Source: Malacoraja senta (taxonomy: Eukaryota). From it: a stretch of 64,000 bases of DNA. The stretch covers positions 334,614,001 to 334,678,000 of the forward strand of contig CM075977.1 of the NCBI GenBank assembly GCA_038087875.1, written 5' to 3'. Below the pieces are notes generated by a model, which saw nothing but the letters and a program-made list of their open reading frames with translations, was not told the DNA's origin and ran no database searches. Within the stretch, counting starts at the first letter, position 1. Every line of letters starts with the position of its first letter. A program made the translations under genes and the position numbers. Below, piece by piece: positions 12,736-24,557 of the stretch.

Positions 12736-15700
12736 CAGTGCCCTCCATAATGTTTGGGACAAAGACCCGTCATTTATTTATTTTAACCATATAACCATTA
12801 CAGCACGGAAACAGGCCATCTGCATTGAGGAGGCATTTAAACACAACTGAGCAATTACAAATGCCCTTCAAGTCCGTGCCGAACAAACTTTTTTTTTTTT
12901 TTTTCCCCTTCTTCTTACTTCCCCCTAGTCCCATCTACCTGCACTCAGACCATAACCCTCCATTCCTTTCCCGTCCATATACCTATCCAATCTATTTTTA
13001 AAGGATAAAATCGAACCTACCTCCACCACTTCCACTGGAAGCTCATTCCACACAGCTACCACTCTCTGAGTAAAGAAGTTCCCCCTAATGTTACCCCTAA
13101 ACTTCTGTCCCTTAATTCTCAAGTCATGTCCCCTTGTTTGAATCTTCCCTACTCTCAATGGGAAAAGCTTATCCACGTCAACTCTGTCTAACCCGCTCAT
13201 CATTTTAAAGACCTCTATCAAGTCCCCCCTTAACCTTCTGCGCTCTAAAGAATAAAGACCTAACTTGTTCAATGTTTCTCTGTAACTTAGTTGCTGAAAC
13301 CCAGGCAACATTCTAGTAAATCTCCTCTGTACTCTCTCTATTTTGTTGACATCCTTCCTATAATTAGGTGACCAAAATTGTACTCCATACTCCAGAATTG
13401 GCCTCACCAATGCCTTGTACAATTTTAACATTACATCCCAACTTCTATATTCAATGCTCTGATTTATAAAGGCCAGCACATCAAAAGCTTTCTTTACCAC
13501 CCTATCTACATGAGATTCCACCTTCAGGGAACTATGCACAGTTATTCCTAGATCTCTCTGTTCAACTGCATTCCTCAATTCGCTACCATTTACCATGTAC
13601 GTCCTATTTTGATTTGTCCTGCCGAGATGTAGCACCTCACATTTATCAGCATTAAAATCCATCTGCCATCTTTCAGCCCACTCTTCCAAATGGCCTAAAT
13701 CTCTCTGTAGACTTTGAAAATCTACTTCATTATCCACAACACCACCTATCTTAGTATCATCTGCATACTTACTAATCCAATTTTCCACACCATCATCCAG
13801 ATCATTGATGTACATGACAAACAACAGTGGACCCAACACAGACCCCTGAGGCACCCCACTAGTCACCGGCCTCCAACCTGACAAACAGCCATCCACCATT
13901 ACTCTCTGGCATCTCCCATTCAGCCACTGTTGAATCCAGCTTGCTACTCCACCATTAATACCCAACAATTGAATCTTCTTAACCAACCTTCCATGAGGAA
14001 CCTTGTCAAAGGCCTTACTGAAGTCCATATAGACAACATCCACTGCTTTACCCTCATCGATTTCCCTAGTAACCTCTTCGAAAAATTCAAGAAGATTAGT
14101 CAAACATGACTTTCCAGGCACAAATCCATGTTGACTGTTCCTAATCAGACCCTGCTTATCCAGATGCTTATATATATTATCTCTAAGTATCCTTTCCATT
14201 AATTTGCCCCCCACTGACGTCAAACTAACAGGTCTACAATTGCTAGGTTTACTCTTAGAACCCTTTTTAAACAACGGAACAACATGCGCAGTACGCCAAT
14301 CCTCCGGCACTATTCCCGTTTCTAATGACATTTGAAATATTTCTGTCATAGCCCCTGCTATTTCTACACTAACTTCCCTCAATGTCCTAGGGAATATCCT
14401 GTCAGGACCTGGAGACTTATCCGTTTTCATATTTTTCAAAAGTGTCCGCACCTCCTCTTCTTTGAATCTCATAGTTTCCATTGCTACTCTGCTAGTTTCC
14501 CTTACCTCACATAATTCCATATCCTTCTCCTTGGTGAATACCAAAGAAAAGAAATTGTTCAATATCTCCCCCATTTCTTTTGGCTCTGCAGATAGCTGTC
14601 CACTCTGACTCTCTAATGGACCAATTTTATTCCTTGTTATCCTTTTGCTATTAATATAGCTGTAGAAACCCTTTGGATTTACTTTCACCTTACTTGCCAA
14701 AGCAACCTCATATCTTCTTTTAGCTTTTCTAATTTCTTTCTTAATATTCTTTTTACATTCTTTATACTCCTCAAGCACCTCATTTATTCCATGCTGCCTA
14801 TAATTATTGTAGATGTCTCTCTTTTTCTGAACCGTGTCCAATTTCCCTTGAAAACCATGGCTCTTTCCAATTTTTACTATTTCCTTTCAACCGAACAGGG
14901 ACATAAAGATTCTGTACTCTTAAAATTTCACCTTTAAATGTCCTCCATTTCTCTTCTACATCCTTCCCATAAAACAACATGTCCAAATTCACTCCTTTTA
15001 AATCCTTTCGCATCTCCTCAAAGTTAGCCTTTCTCCAATCAAAAATCTCAACCCTAGGTCCAGTTCTGACCCTCTCCATAATTATATTGAAACTAATGGT
15101 ATTGTGATAACTGGACCCGAAGTGCTCCCCAACGCATACCTCCGCCACCTGCCCTGTCTCATTTCCTAACAGGAGGTCCAGCACTGCCCCTTCTCTAGTC
15201 GGCACCTCTATGTATTGCTGCAAAAAACTATCCTGCACACATTTTACAAACTCCAAACCATCCAGCCCTTTTACAGAATGTGTTTCCCAGTCTATGTGTG
15301 GAAAATTGAAATCTCCCACAATCACCACCTTGTGCTTACTACTAATATCTGCTATCTCCTTACATATTTGATCTTCCAATTCTCGCTCCCCATTTGGCGG
15401 TCTATAATACACCCCTATAAGTGTTGCTACACCTTTCCCATTTCTCAGTTTCACCCAAATAGCCTCCCTAGACGAGCCCTCTAATCTATCCTGCCAAAGC
15501 ACTGCTGTAATATCTTCCTTGACAAGCAATGTACTCCACAATTGCCTCTGTACTCCACAATTTGAGGTTTGTAATAGAAAAAATCACCTGCTCATAGTCA
15601 TATTTTAATAAACGCCATTTTCATACATTTTGGTTTCACCATGTAAACATTACAGCAGTGTTTATACATAGTCCCCCCATTTCAGGGCACCATAATGTTT

Positions 15701-17137
15701 GGGACACAGCAATGTCATGTAAATGAAAGTAGTCATGTTTAGTATTTTGTTGCATATCCTTTGCATCCAATGACTGCTTGAAGTCTGCGATTCATAGACA
15801 TCACCAGTTGTTGGGTGTCTTCTCTGGTGATGCTCTGCCAGGCCTGTATTGCAGCCATCTTTAGCTGATGCTTGTTTTGGGGGCTAGTCCCCTTCAGGTT
15901 TCCCTTCAGCATATAAAAGGCATGCTCAATTGGGTTTAGATCGATTGATTGACATGGCCAGTCAAGAATTGACCATTTTTTAGCTTTGAAAAACTCCCTT
16001 GTTGCGTTAGCAGTATGTTTGGGATCATTGTCTTGCTGTGGAATGAACCCCCGGCCAAAGAGTTTTGAGGCATTAGTTTGAACTTGAGCAGATAGGATGT
16101 GTCTATACACTTCATAATTCATTATGCTACTACCATCAGCAGTTGTATCATCAATGAAGTGAGCCAGTACCTTCAGTAGCCATACTTGCCCAGGCCATAA
16201 CACCCGCACCACCATGTTTCACAGATGAGGTGGTATGCTTTGGATCTTGGGCAGTTCCTTCTCTACTCCATACTTTGCTCTTGACATCACGCTGATATAA
16301 GTTAATCTTCATCCCATCTGTCCACAAGTCCTGTTTCCAGAACTGTAGTTGCTCTTTTAAGTACTTCTTGGCAAACTGTGACCTGGCTATCCTATTTTTG
16401 CGGCTAACCAGTGTTTTGCATCTTGCAGTGTCTGTAGCCTCTGTATTTCTGTTTGTGAAGTCTTCTACAGACAATGGTCATTGACAAATCCACATCTGAC
16501 TTCTGAAGAGTGTTTCTGATCTGTCGGACAGGTGTTTGGGAATTTTTCATTATTATAGAGAGAATTCTTCTGTCATCAGCTGTGGAAGTCTTCCTTGGTC
16601 TGCCAGTCCCTTTGCGATTAGTAAGCTCACCAGTACTCTCTTTCTTCTTAATGATGTTCCAAACAGTTGATTTTGGTAAACCCAAGGTTTGGCTCATGTC
16701 TCTAACAGTTTTATTCTTGTTTCTCAATCTCATAATATCTTCTTTGACTTTCATTGGCACAACTTTGGTCCTCGTGTGGATAAACAACAATAAAAGTTTC
16801 CAAAGGTGATGGAAAGACTGGAGGAAAGACTAGTTGCTGAGAGATCTCTTATACCTGCATTGAGGAGGCATTTAAACACAACTGAGCAATTACAAATGCC
16901 TGTGAAGCCCTGTGTCCCAAACATTATGGTGCCCTGAAATGGGGGGGACAATGTATAAACACAGATGTAATTTCTACATGGTGAAACTAAAATGTACAAA
17001 AATGGCCTTTAACAAAATCTGACGATGTGCACTTTAAACACATGTGATTTTTTTTCTATTACAAATCTCAAATTGTGGAGTACAGAGGCAAATAAATAAA
17101 TGATGGGTCTTTGTCCTAAACATTATGGAGGGCACTG
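12736..17137 (-). mobile_element. Tc1 transposon (IR/DR type), degraded transposase, containing a nested CR1 LINE
   Basis: TA|CAGTGCCCTCCATAATGTTTGGGAC...CATTATGGAGGGCACTG|TA; paired-like HTH with GRPRK, QDNDPKHT and DLNPIE, split over three frames (15739-16790). Confidence 0.93.
12784..15529 (-). mobile_element. Young CR1 LINE, 5'-truncated ORF2 (partial APE endonuclease plus RT), one frameshift near 14820
   Basis: ORFs 14804..15541 (GDFNFPHIDW, LDLLL) and 12925..14841 (DFSKAFDKVPH, GVPQGSVLGP, YADD, WNELP); 3' tail on the left. Confidence 0.93.
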
Positions 17138-17412
17138 TAAGTTCAGTGCATTACAAAGTAACAGACCATTTACTTATTAAAACAGAAGGTTATAGTAAAT
17201 TGTAATTATTATGTAGCCATTATTCATTTAGAAACAAAAAATGAGAAACAAAAACTCCAAGCAAGAAATAACAAACTGCCCTAATGTGCTAAAATTGCAT
17301 TTAACAATACCAATAAAAATGTCCCATCACACCATTGGTTGGTCTAATTTAAATATCATCAAGGGTTACATGCAGTTGTTTAACATTTTCCCTCGTGATC
17401 ATATCTTTGAAG

Positions 17413-17508
17413 GTTCTATCTAATTGGTGGAGGAATTCCGATCATTGTGTGTGGCATCACAGCTGCAGCTAATATTAAAAACTACGGAAGTAAAGTGAAC
17501 GCACCATA
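17413..17508 (+). CDS. ADGRA3: ADGRA3 exon, TM4 ([32 protein letters not shown])
   Basis: ctttgaag| acceptor, CCATA|gtaagt donor, 96 nt phase 2/2; read manually. Confidence 0.94.
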
Positions 17509-18891
17509 GTAAGTAGATTTTATTTTTCATGTTCAAATGTAATGCTGTGGTTAATAGTTCTAGGTAATTGGTGTTAAGTTTAATTGGAATTGAGAAGAAC
17601 TGGAGAAAAATAAATGTTCTAATATAATATTGCAAAATGTCACCCTGAAAGAAAATAGCTTATTGGATTTTGTTTTGTTCTCAGTCAGTTTAATACTTTG
17701 TTAGTTTACACTTTTCCTTTTATTTGAAGAGATATATAGTCTAGGTATTTATGATCATTTAGACTTTAGAAGTCAGACAAAAACCATTCAGTGTATCATT
17801 CAAAAACGGTGTACTTTGTGTATTCATAGAAATAGTTTAGTGATGGTTATATTATAGATCTGAAAAAAGGAAATGGCTTTATTATTCATAAAGGAAATCA
17901 GTAAATCAGGCTTTGTTGACTTGGCCTGGGAAAATATATCATAAATCCCAAGTGGTTCACAAAACAAGAGAATATGTTATGCCTATCCAGTATGATGGGT
18001 ACCTGCTACCACAAGATAGAAATGAACTATTTATTGTGAATGGAAGGCATTTTGAGAACAGGATCCATCATTACCTGCTGATTATTTAAAGACCTTGAAA
18101 TAGTCTCTTTGGTTGTTAGGTTTTTATTAAATATGGTTACGAAAACAATGTTAACTTGGTTTTGTTCTGAGTGCACTAATTTTAACTTTGTAGGCTTGAA
18201 CAATGAAGTGATCGTCTTTGTAACCAGTTTATAATATTGGAAGAGTCAACATTATGTTAACATTGTGAACATAGTGTTTAATGCACAATTAATTTTACAA
18301 AGAGGTTTTATTGAAATAAGCAAAGGAGAAAGCAAGAGTAGATTTCTTTTGGACACAATTACATTTAGAAAACTACTGCTATCATTTGAAAAGCTTTGAT
18401 TACACGGTGTGTTTGCTTTGTTTGTGTAGATACAGTACCTCGTTTAATACTGAGGAATGGCCTTCCTTCCTATTAACTGACATCATTCTGTCAATATGAC
18501 CCTATAATCAACTTCCAGCATCTGATGAGTTTACCAGCCAAGATTGTAGTAATCAACAAGAGATACCACACAGCAATGGCAACTCAATTATGAGCACACA
18601 GGAATAGGAAAAAAATCCCAAAGCACCACACAGCTATATCAAGGGTTAGCCAATGTTACCAGAACTTGGCTAACGATTGAAAATGTAAAACAATAGCAGC
18701 TGATAAGCTTAAAAACAGAAAATGTTGGAAACATGCAGCAAGTTAGGGAGCATCTTTGGAAAGGAAAAAAAAGAACATTTTGGAGAAAAAAAAACCTTCA
18801 TCAGTACTAATCATGCTCCTGGAGTAAAATGAAAGGAGATGAAAGAGAGGCTGGAGGCAACAAGAAAAAGTTTAGGAAGGGAATATACTAA

Positions 18892-19414
18892 AGGGGCTGT
18901 CCCACTGCGGGGACCTAATTCACGAGTTTAGAAGAGTTTAGAGTTTGAAAAATGTCATGTTGAAGACCTCCTTTGACCTCCTTCGACTATGTTGAAGACT
19001 AACTTTGACTAGCTTTGGGAAAATTGGACTCCGAATAGTGGAGAGTGAAGACGACCTCCTTCGATCTACTTCGACCTCCCTTCGACTATGTTGAAGACTA
19101 TCTACGACTACCTTCGATTACCTTCGACTACCCTCGATTACCAACGAATAACATGCCGACCTACTACGACCTACTTCGACTAAACCTACGAGTAAATAAA
19201 GTATCGGGTTTTTCCATGGCGACCTTTTTTTACTCGCGGGCATTTTTCAACATGTTGAAAAATATACGCCGCGACCTAGCTGAGGCCTCGAGTACGCGGG
19301 GACTACTCTCGAGCATGAAGGAAAGTTACAAAGACCTCCTAGGACCTCATGTCGACCATGCTGCGACCATGAGCCAGAACTCGCAGATTAGATCGCCGCA
19401 GTGGGACAGCCCCT
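18892..19414. mobile_element. PIF/Harbinger-type MITE with internal TTCGAC repeats
   Basis: TIRs AGGGGCTGTCCCACTGCGG / CCGCAGTGGGACAGCCCCT; TAA duplication at 18889-18891 and 19415-19417. Confidence 0.85.
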
Positions 19415-19987
19415 TAAGGCTGTTGAAAGTAGGGAGGGTAAAGATTATGAATGGCTTTGAGGTGGAGGATTAAAATTTTAGTTTAAGTGCTGGTGGACTG
19501 CAGGGATCAACATTGAGCTGGCACAGAACTGATTGATAGATAGCTGGGGGCTTTGTTCTGAGATAGTTGATGTTTTAGAATGATTGAGTATCAAACTGAG
19601 ATGTAATGATTGAAGGAATCTAGTGGCATGTGCTCTGGTGAGAATGTCTCTGTAGAAGTGGCATGATGCTGTCAGACAATTCAGGCTTCCTTGCTTGGCT
19701 TGCAGCAAGCTTCATTGAGAATGCTTATTTGTTTTAAAAGGGAAAGTTGCATCATCTAGTGGTATTAAATGTGAATTGCATGGGTCATATTAACTTCCTG
19801 AAAGAGAATCTTTATTAAGGGGGATATATTTTAATTTGTTGTCTCTGCATTTCACTGGCATTGTAGATTTACCACACATTATAGAAACTGTGGGGAATTT
19901 AATTCTAATCTAAAATCAAAATGTCATTATGATGAAAGATTAAGTTATTGGCTGATAAAATTGGTAAATAATGAAGAATAAGTTTTC

Positions 19988-20310
19988 AAGTCAAGTCAAG
20001 TCACATTTATTTATATAGCACATTTAAAAAACAACTCTCGTTGGCCAAAGTGCTTTACATTTGTTATAAGAATAGTATAAACAAACAAACTACATACATA
20101 TTTACATATAGCCCTTGCTCAGAGGACGTCAAGAAAGGCTTGGGAGTATAGATAAGTTTTTAGTCTTGACTTAAAGGAGTTGATGGAGGGGGCAGTTCTG
20201 ATGGGAAAAGGGATGCTGTTCCACAGTCTATGAGCTGCAACCGCAAAGGCGCGGTCGCCCCTGAGCTTATGCCTAGATATTCAGCAACCCCAAGTCGGCC
20301 GATCTGAGGT
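19988..20310 (-). mobile_element. L2-type LINE 3' fragment
   Basis: Minus strand ends tgtaaagcactttg...gctatataaataaa...(cttga)n; RAFAVAAHRLWNSIP-type ORF end. Confidence 0.7.
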
Positions 20311-20438
20311 TGAGTTTTGGTTGAATTTCATTTGTCCTGGTGTTTGGCAAACTGTCCAGTGGATAGCAAACGAATACAATGATCTTACTAGATTCACAGA
20401 CAAAATAACTACATTTACACTACTCTAATCTACATATT

Positions 20439-21021
20439 AGAACATAGAACAGTACAGCACATGAATAGGCCCATCGGCCCACAATGTCTGTGCTGAACAT
20501 GTTGCCAAGACCAACTCTTATCTGCCTGCACATAATCTATTCCCTGCACATCCAAATGTATCTTAAATGCCACTATTGTATCTGCCTCAACCACCACCCC
20601 CAGCAGTGTACCAGGCACTCACAACCCTCTGTGGGGGAAAAAACATACCTCGCACAACTCCTTTAAACTTTGCCCCTCTCACCTTAAAACTATGCCCTCT
20701 AGTATTTGATTTCCTTACTGGGAAAAAGGTTCTGACTGTCTAGCCTATATATGCCTCTCATAATTTTATATACTTCCTACAGGACACCTCGCAATCTCTG
20801 GCATTTCAGAGAAAACAATCTACGTCTATTCAACTGCTCCCGGTAGCTATTCTGGGCATCATTATAGTAAATCTCCTCTGCACCCTTTCCAAAACCTCAA
20901 CATACTTCCTATAATAGGACGACCAGAACTATATACAATATTCCAAATGCAGCCTAACCTATAAAGCTGCATTGTGACTTCCAGACCCTCAAACTCAATG
21001 CCCTGACTTATGCAAGCATAC
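20439..21021 (-). mobile_element. Degraded CR1 3' fragment, possible CATATT target duplication
   Basis: CR1-like 3' UTR and ORF end; CATATT at 20433-20438 and 21022-21027. Confidence 0.7.
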
Positions 21022-21145
21022 CATATTGTGAAGATAAGGGACTCGTCTCACGGAGTGCCTCCATTCTAAAGTCCAAACATGTCACATGGGAAATTATGTA
21101 TCAATATATAAATGTTTCCTTTTGAGGGAGCACAGTGGATAGTTA

Positions 21146-21508
21146 AGCCCCTGTCCCACTTAGGAGACCTAAACAGCAACCTCTGGTGACCTTGCCCGCC
21201 ACCCCAAAAAAAATCAAGGTCAAGGTGACCTGCAACCTCCTACCACCTCCCACGCATATGTTGAAAACCTTCCTCGACTATGAAGAAAACCGGCTTCGAC
21301 TAGACCTGCGACTAAAAAATTATCGATTATTAAAACAGCAACCTATTTTTAGTCGAGGCCGGTTTTAAACACGATGAAAAAATAGCAGGAAACCACTTTC
21401 GACCATTAGGGAGAGTGACCAAAACCTCCGGTGACCTCATGGAAACCTTGGGTGGTGAGCAAGATCACCAGAGGTTGCTGTTTAGGTCTCCTAAGTGGGC
21501 CAGGGGCT
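21146..21508. mobile_element. PIF/Harbinger-type MITE
   Basis: TIRs AGCCCCTGTCCCACTTAGGAGACCTAAACAGCAACCTCTGGTGA and its inverse; left flank TTA, right duplication not preserved. Confidence 0.8.
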
Positions 21509-21698
21509 AGGGAATATGTATGATGAGAAGTATTAAAAAAGTGACTAATGCATTTTATTTCCAATCCTTCCAGCAATACCTACCAAAGATCACCATGAAA
21601 GGAATGATAACATTAGTTTATAGTGTTGACAAATTAATTCTGATTATTCTGTGGCAATTTTCAATGCACTTTACCAGATCTATATTACAATAGCACAA

Positions 21699-21968
21699 TA
21701 GACACAAAATGCTGGAGTAACTCAGCGGGATAGGCAGCATCTCTGGAGAGAAGGAATGGGTGACGTTTTGGGTCAAGACCCATCTTCAGACAGAAGGAAT
21801 GGGTGACGTTTTGGGTCAAGACCCTTCTTCAGACAGTCTGAAGAAGGGTCTCGACCAAAAACATCATTCATTCCTTCTCTCCAGAGATGCTGCCTGTCTC
21901 GCTGAGTTACTCCAGCACTTTGTGTCTATCTTCAGTTTAAACCAGCATCTGCAGTTCCTTACTACACA
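21699..21968. mobile_element. Penelope-like element terminus in inverted (palindromic) arrangement with hammerhead-like motifs
   Basis: About 90-bp inverted arms centred on 21835, plus a 43-bp tandem duplication (21749-21791 / 21792-21834). Confidence 0.75.
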
Positions 21969-22715
21969 AAATATCACAATAATTTGATAACAAAAATATG
22001 TGACATTATTGAAAGTTAAAAGAAAGTGGATTGACTTATCTAAGGTTAATCATCCACTCCTTTGATTTTTTTTGGATAGAATCACATCTCTGTAAATATC
22101 CAAACCTCTTGAAAACATGTGCTTACACCAACACACACAGCAAATGCTGACAATATTACCAGATTCACAGACAAGATAATGACTTGCCTTTGATTCTATT
22201 CTAAACTAAGCATTGTAAAGATAAGGGATTGATGATACTGTGACTGTCTCCTTTTCAAAGTCCAAAAATGTCATGATTGAAATGATGTATCAAATGTGAA
22301 CATTTTCCTTTTGATGAAGCACAGTAGAGTGGTTTTGGGGATATGAGTTCCGATGAGAAATATTTAGTAATTTATTTGAAATACAATGGATCAAACCCAC
22401 ATTCACAGTTTTAATTTGGTTGATCTATTCCTTCTGTTCAGATTTATCATTTGAAATCAATGGGAAAAATTACTTCTATGAAAAATGGGAGGATCAATGA
22501 TTTAAAAAAAATCATCTTTATGGTATGCAATAAACTGAGAAAAGATATCACAACTACTTATTAGAAAATTGGATACTGTAATTTGACTTGCTTTGGATAT
22601 TTTTGAAAATACACTATTGTGAATTTATCCAAATGTTTTGCTGAATTAAGATGATTGCATTTGAATTCAGCTGCTCAGTACTTGTATTAAAACATAATTA
22701 CTTTTTGTCTTCCAG

Positions 22716-23979
22716 CTGTTGGATGGCTTGGGAACCCAGCCTGGGGGCCTTTTATGGACCTGTCGGGTTTATCATCTTCGTAAACTGCATTTACTTTCTT
22801 AGCATATTCGTGCAGCTTAAGCAACACCCTGAACGGAAATATGAACTGAAGGAAGCAGTGGAGGAACAGCAGCGTTTGGCAACCGTTGCAGACCGTGGAG
22901 AATCTAATGTTAACGATTCAACATCAACATCACAAGCAAATTGTTCTGTGGTTTCCTCCTCTGCACTGGAGAATGAACATTCATTTCAAGCACAATTGCT
23001 GGGTACATGTTTGTCATTGTTTATGTACATTGCCCTGTGGGTATCTGGTGCGTTGGCAGTGTCCCAGTACTATCCTATGGACCTCATATTTAGCTGCCTA
23101 TTTGGGGCCACAGCTTTGAGCCTGGCTGCATTTCTCATACTTCATCATTGCATTGGCAGAGAGGACATACGGCAGTGTTGGATGACTACTTGCTGCCCAG
23201 GGAGGAGTACTTATTCCATTCAAATTAATGTCCCACCTGCAGATTCTGGTCACGCCAATGGTGAAACTTCAAAACTCACCAACAGCAGTACAGAATCCTC
23301 CTGCACAAATAAGACTGCTTCCAGCAATAACAAGCTATCCCAAGGATGTAAGCTAACTAATCTTCACGCTGCTGCAGTACAGAACCAGCAGGTTCATTTG
23401 GAAAGTAATTTATCCACACAGCTTGACAACAGCCTTACAGAACATTCAGTGGACAACGATCTGAAAATGCACGTGGCCCCTGTGGAACTGCCGTTCCGTT
23501 CTAATGGACAAGTGAACAGGCATCATAAAAACCGGACTAGGGCCCACCAAGCTCATCGTCACAGCAGGCTGACTGTGTTAAGAGAATATGCATATGATGT
23601 ACCTACCAGTGTGGAAGGAAGTGTGCATAATATCCAGCCAAGGAGCAGGCATAGTAACCATGAAAGTCGTCATGGGATTAGGAAATCTCGCTCCGCGTTT
23701 AGAGACCGCCATCAATGCAGCAACCAACCCGATGGTAGTGATGTCTGTTACACACTGCCACAATGCAATCAAAGCACAGTAAAGAATGGAGTTGGTGCCA
23801 GTAAAGACAGCAAACAAAAACCTATTGTGGGTGAACATGAGAACAGTAAGTCTTATGGGCTGAACTTGGCGAGTCAAAATGGACTGCTGAAAGGCAGCGG
23901 TCAGGATGTCCCCTTGCTCGGTGCAGACAGCACTGGAAATGTCAGAACTGGATTTTGGAGAAATGAAACTACTGTGTAG
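22716..23979 (+). CDS. ADGRA3: ADGRA3 terminal coding exon: TM5-TM7 and long C-terminal tail ending in the PDZ-binding motif ETTV
   Basis: ttgtcttccag| acceptor completes TA|C (Tyr); CWMAWEPSLGAFYGP...RLTVLREYAYDVPTS...GNVRTGFWRNETTV*. Confidence 0.96.
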
Positions 23980-24329
23980 TTTACAAAAAATCAATTTTAT
24001 TAAATCAAAACTGACATGCATTCCTTTCCAGTTAACATTGGAAAAGTTTACAGAATTGTTTTACATTGTGTATTGAAACTGAAGGTACGATCTTGCATCT
24101 AATATGTGAAGCTATAAGTTTCTTGTATCTAATTTTATATCTTTTTAAGAGACCCAAGGTTGCCATTTTTGTGAAGTCACAATGAGAATAGTTTCACAGT
24201 TTCTATTTTTGTAGCATTTAGTCCTGTTTTGTTAAACACTGCTGGATGTTCTTATACCTAAAATTGCATGAGAAATGGAGCTCAGAAGCATTGGGCAATA
24301 TCTACTTCTGAGCATGTAATTTTCTAAAT

Positions 24330-24335
24330 AATAAA
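24330..24335 (+). promoter_or_regulatory. Candidate polyadenylation signal for ADGRA3
   Basis: AATAAA about 350 nt after the stop, followed by GT-rich sequence; no transcript evidence. Confidence 0.3.
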
Positions 24336-24557
24336 AGGTTTGCCTTGTGATATGATTATAAGAGTCTGAGTATTGAAGAAAATCAAGTTGATTAAGCATT
24401 TTTTTTATTGTTTGCTTTCAATTTTGAACAAAAACATGTTGACAAATCTATTCCTTAAGTATTTGATATTTGTTATTTGTCTCATTGATTTTGTGGGTGA
24501 ATAGATACATGACTAGTGTTGTGAAAGTTAGACTAGGTATGATAGCATTGGAATTTA

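Noticed and set aside
18950-19200. Regular TTCGAC repeats (and gccgccacag units at 35-38 kb) resembling a CRISPR-like array; ORF 19045..19473
   Set aside because: Repeats are short and irregular, have no unique spacers, lie inside TIR elements in eukaryotic DNA, and there are no cas genes.
19746-19764. CTCF-like motif CCACTAGATGATGC (minus), and similar ones near 62966 and 63050
   Set aside because: Mismatches in the core; such matches are expected by chance in 64 kb.
22651-22715. ORF-track N-terminal extensions of ADGRA3 exons (also 84-215 and 8150-8198)
   Set aside because: Intronic sequence upstream of clear AG acceptors.
23578-24021. 147-aa antisense ORF over the last ADGRA3 exon
   Set aside because: Expected shadow frame of a coding exon; no independent support.
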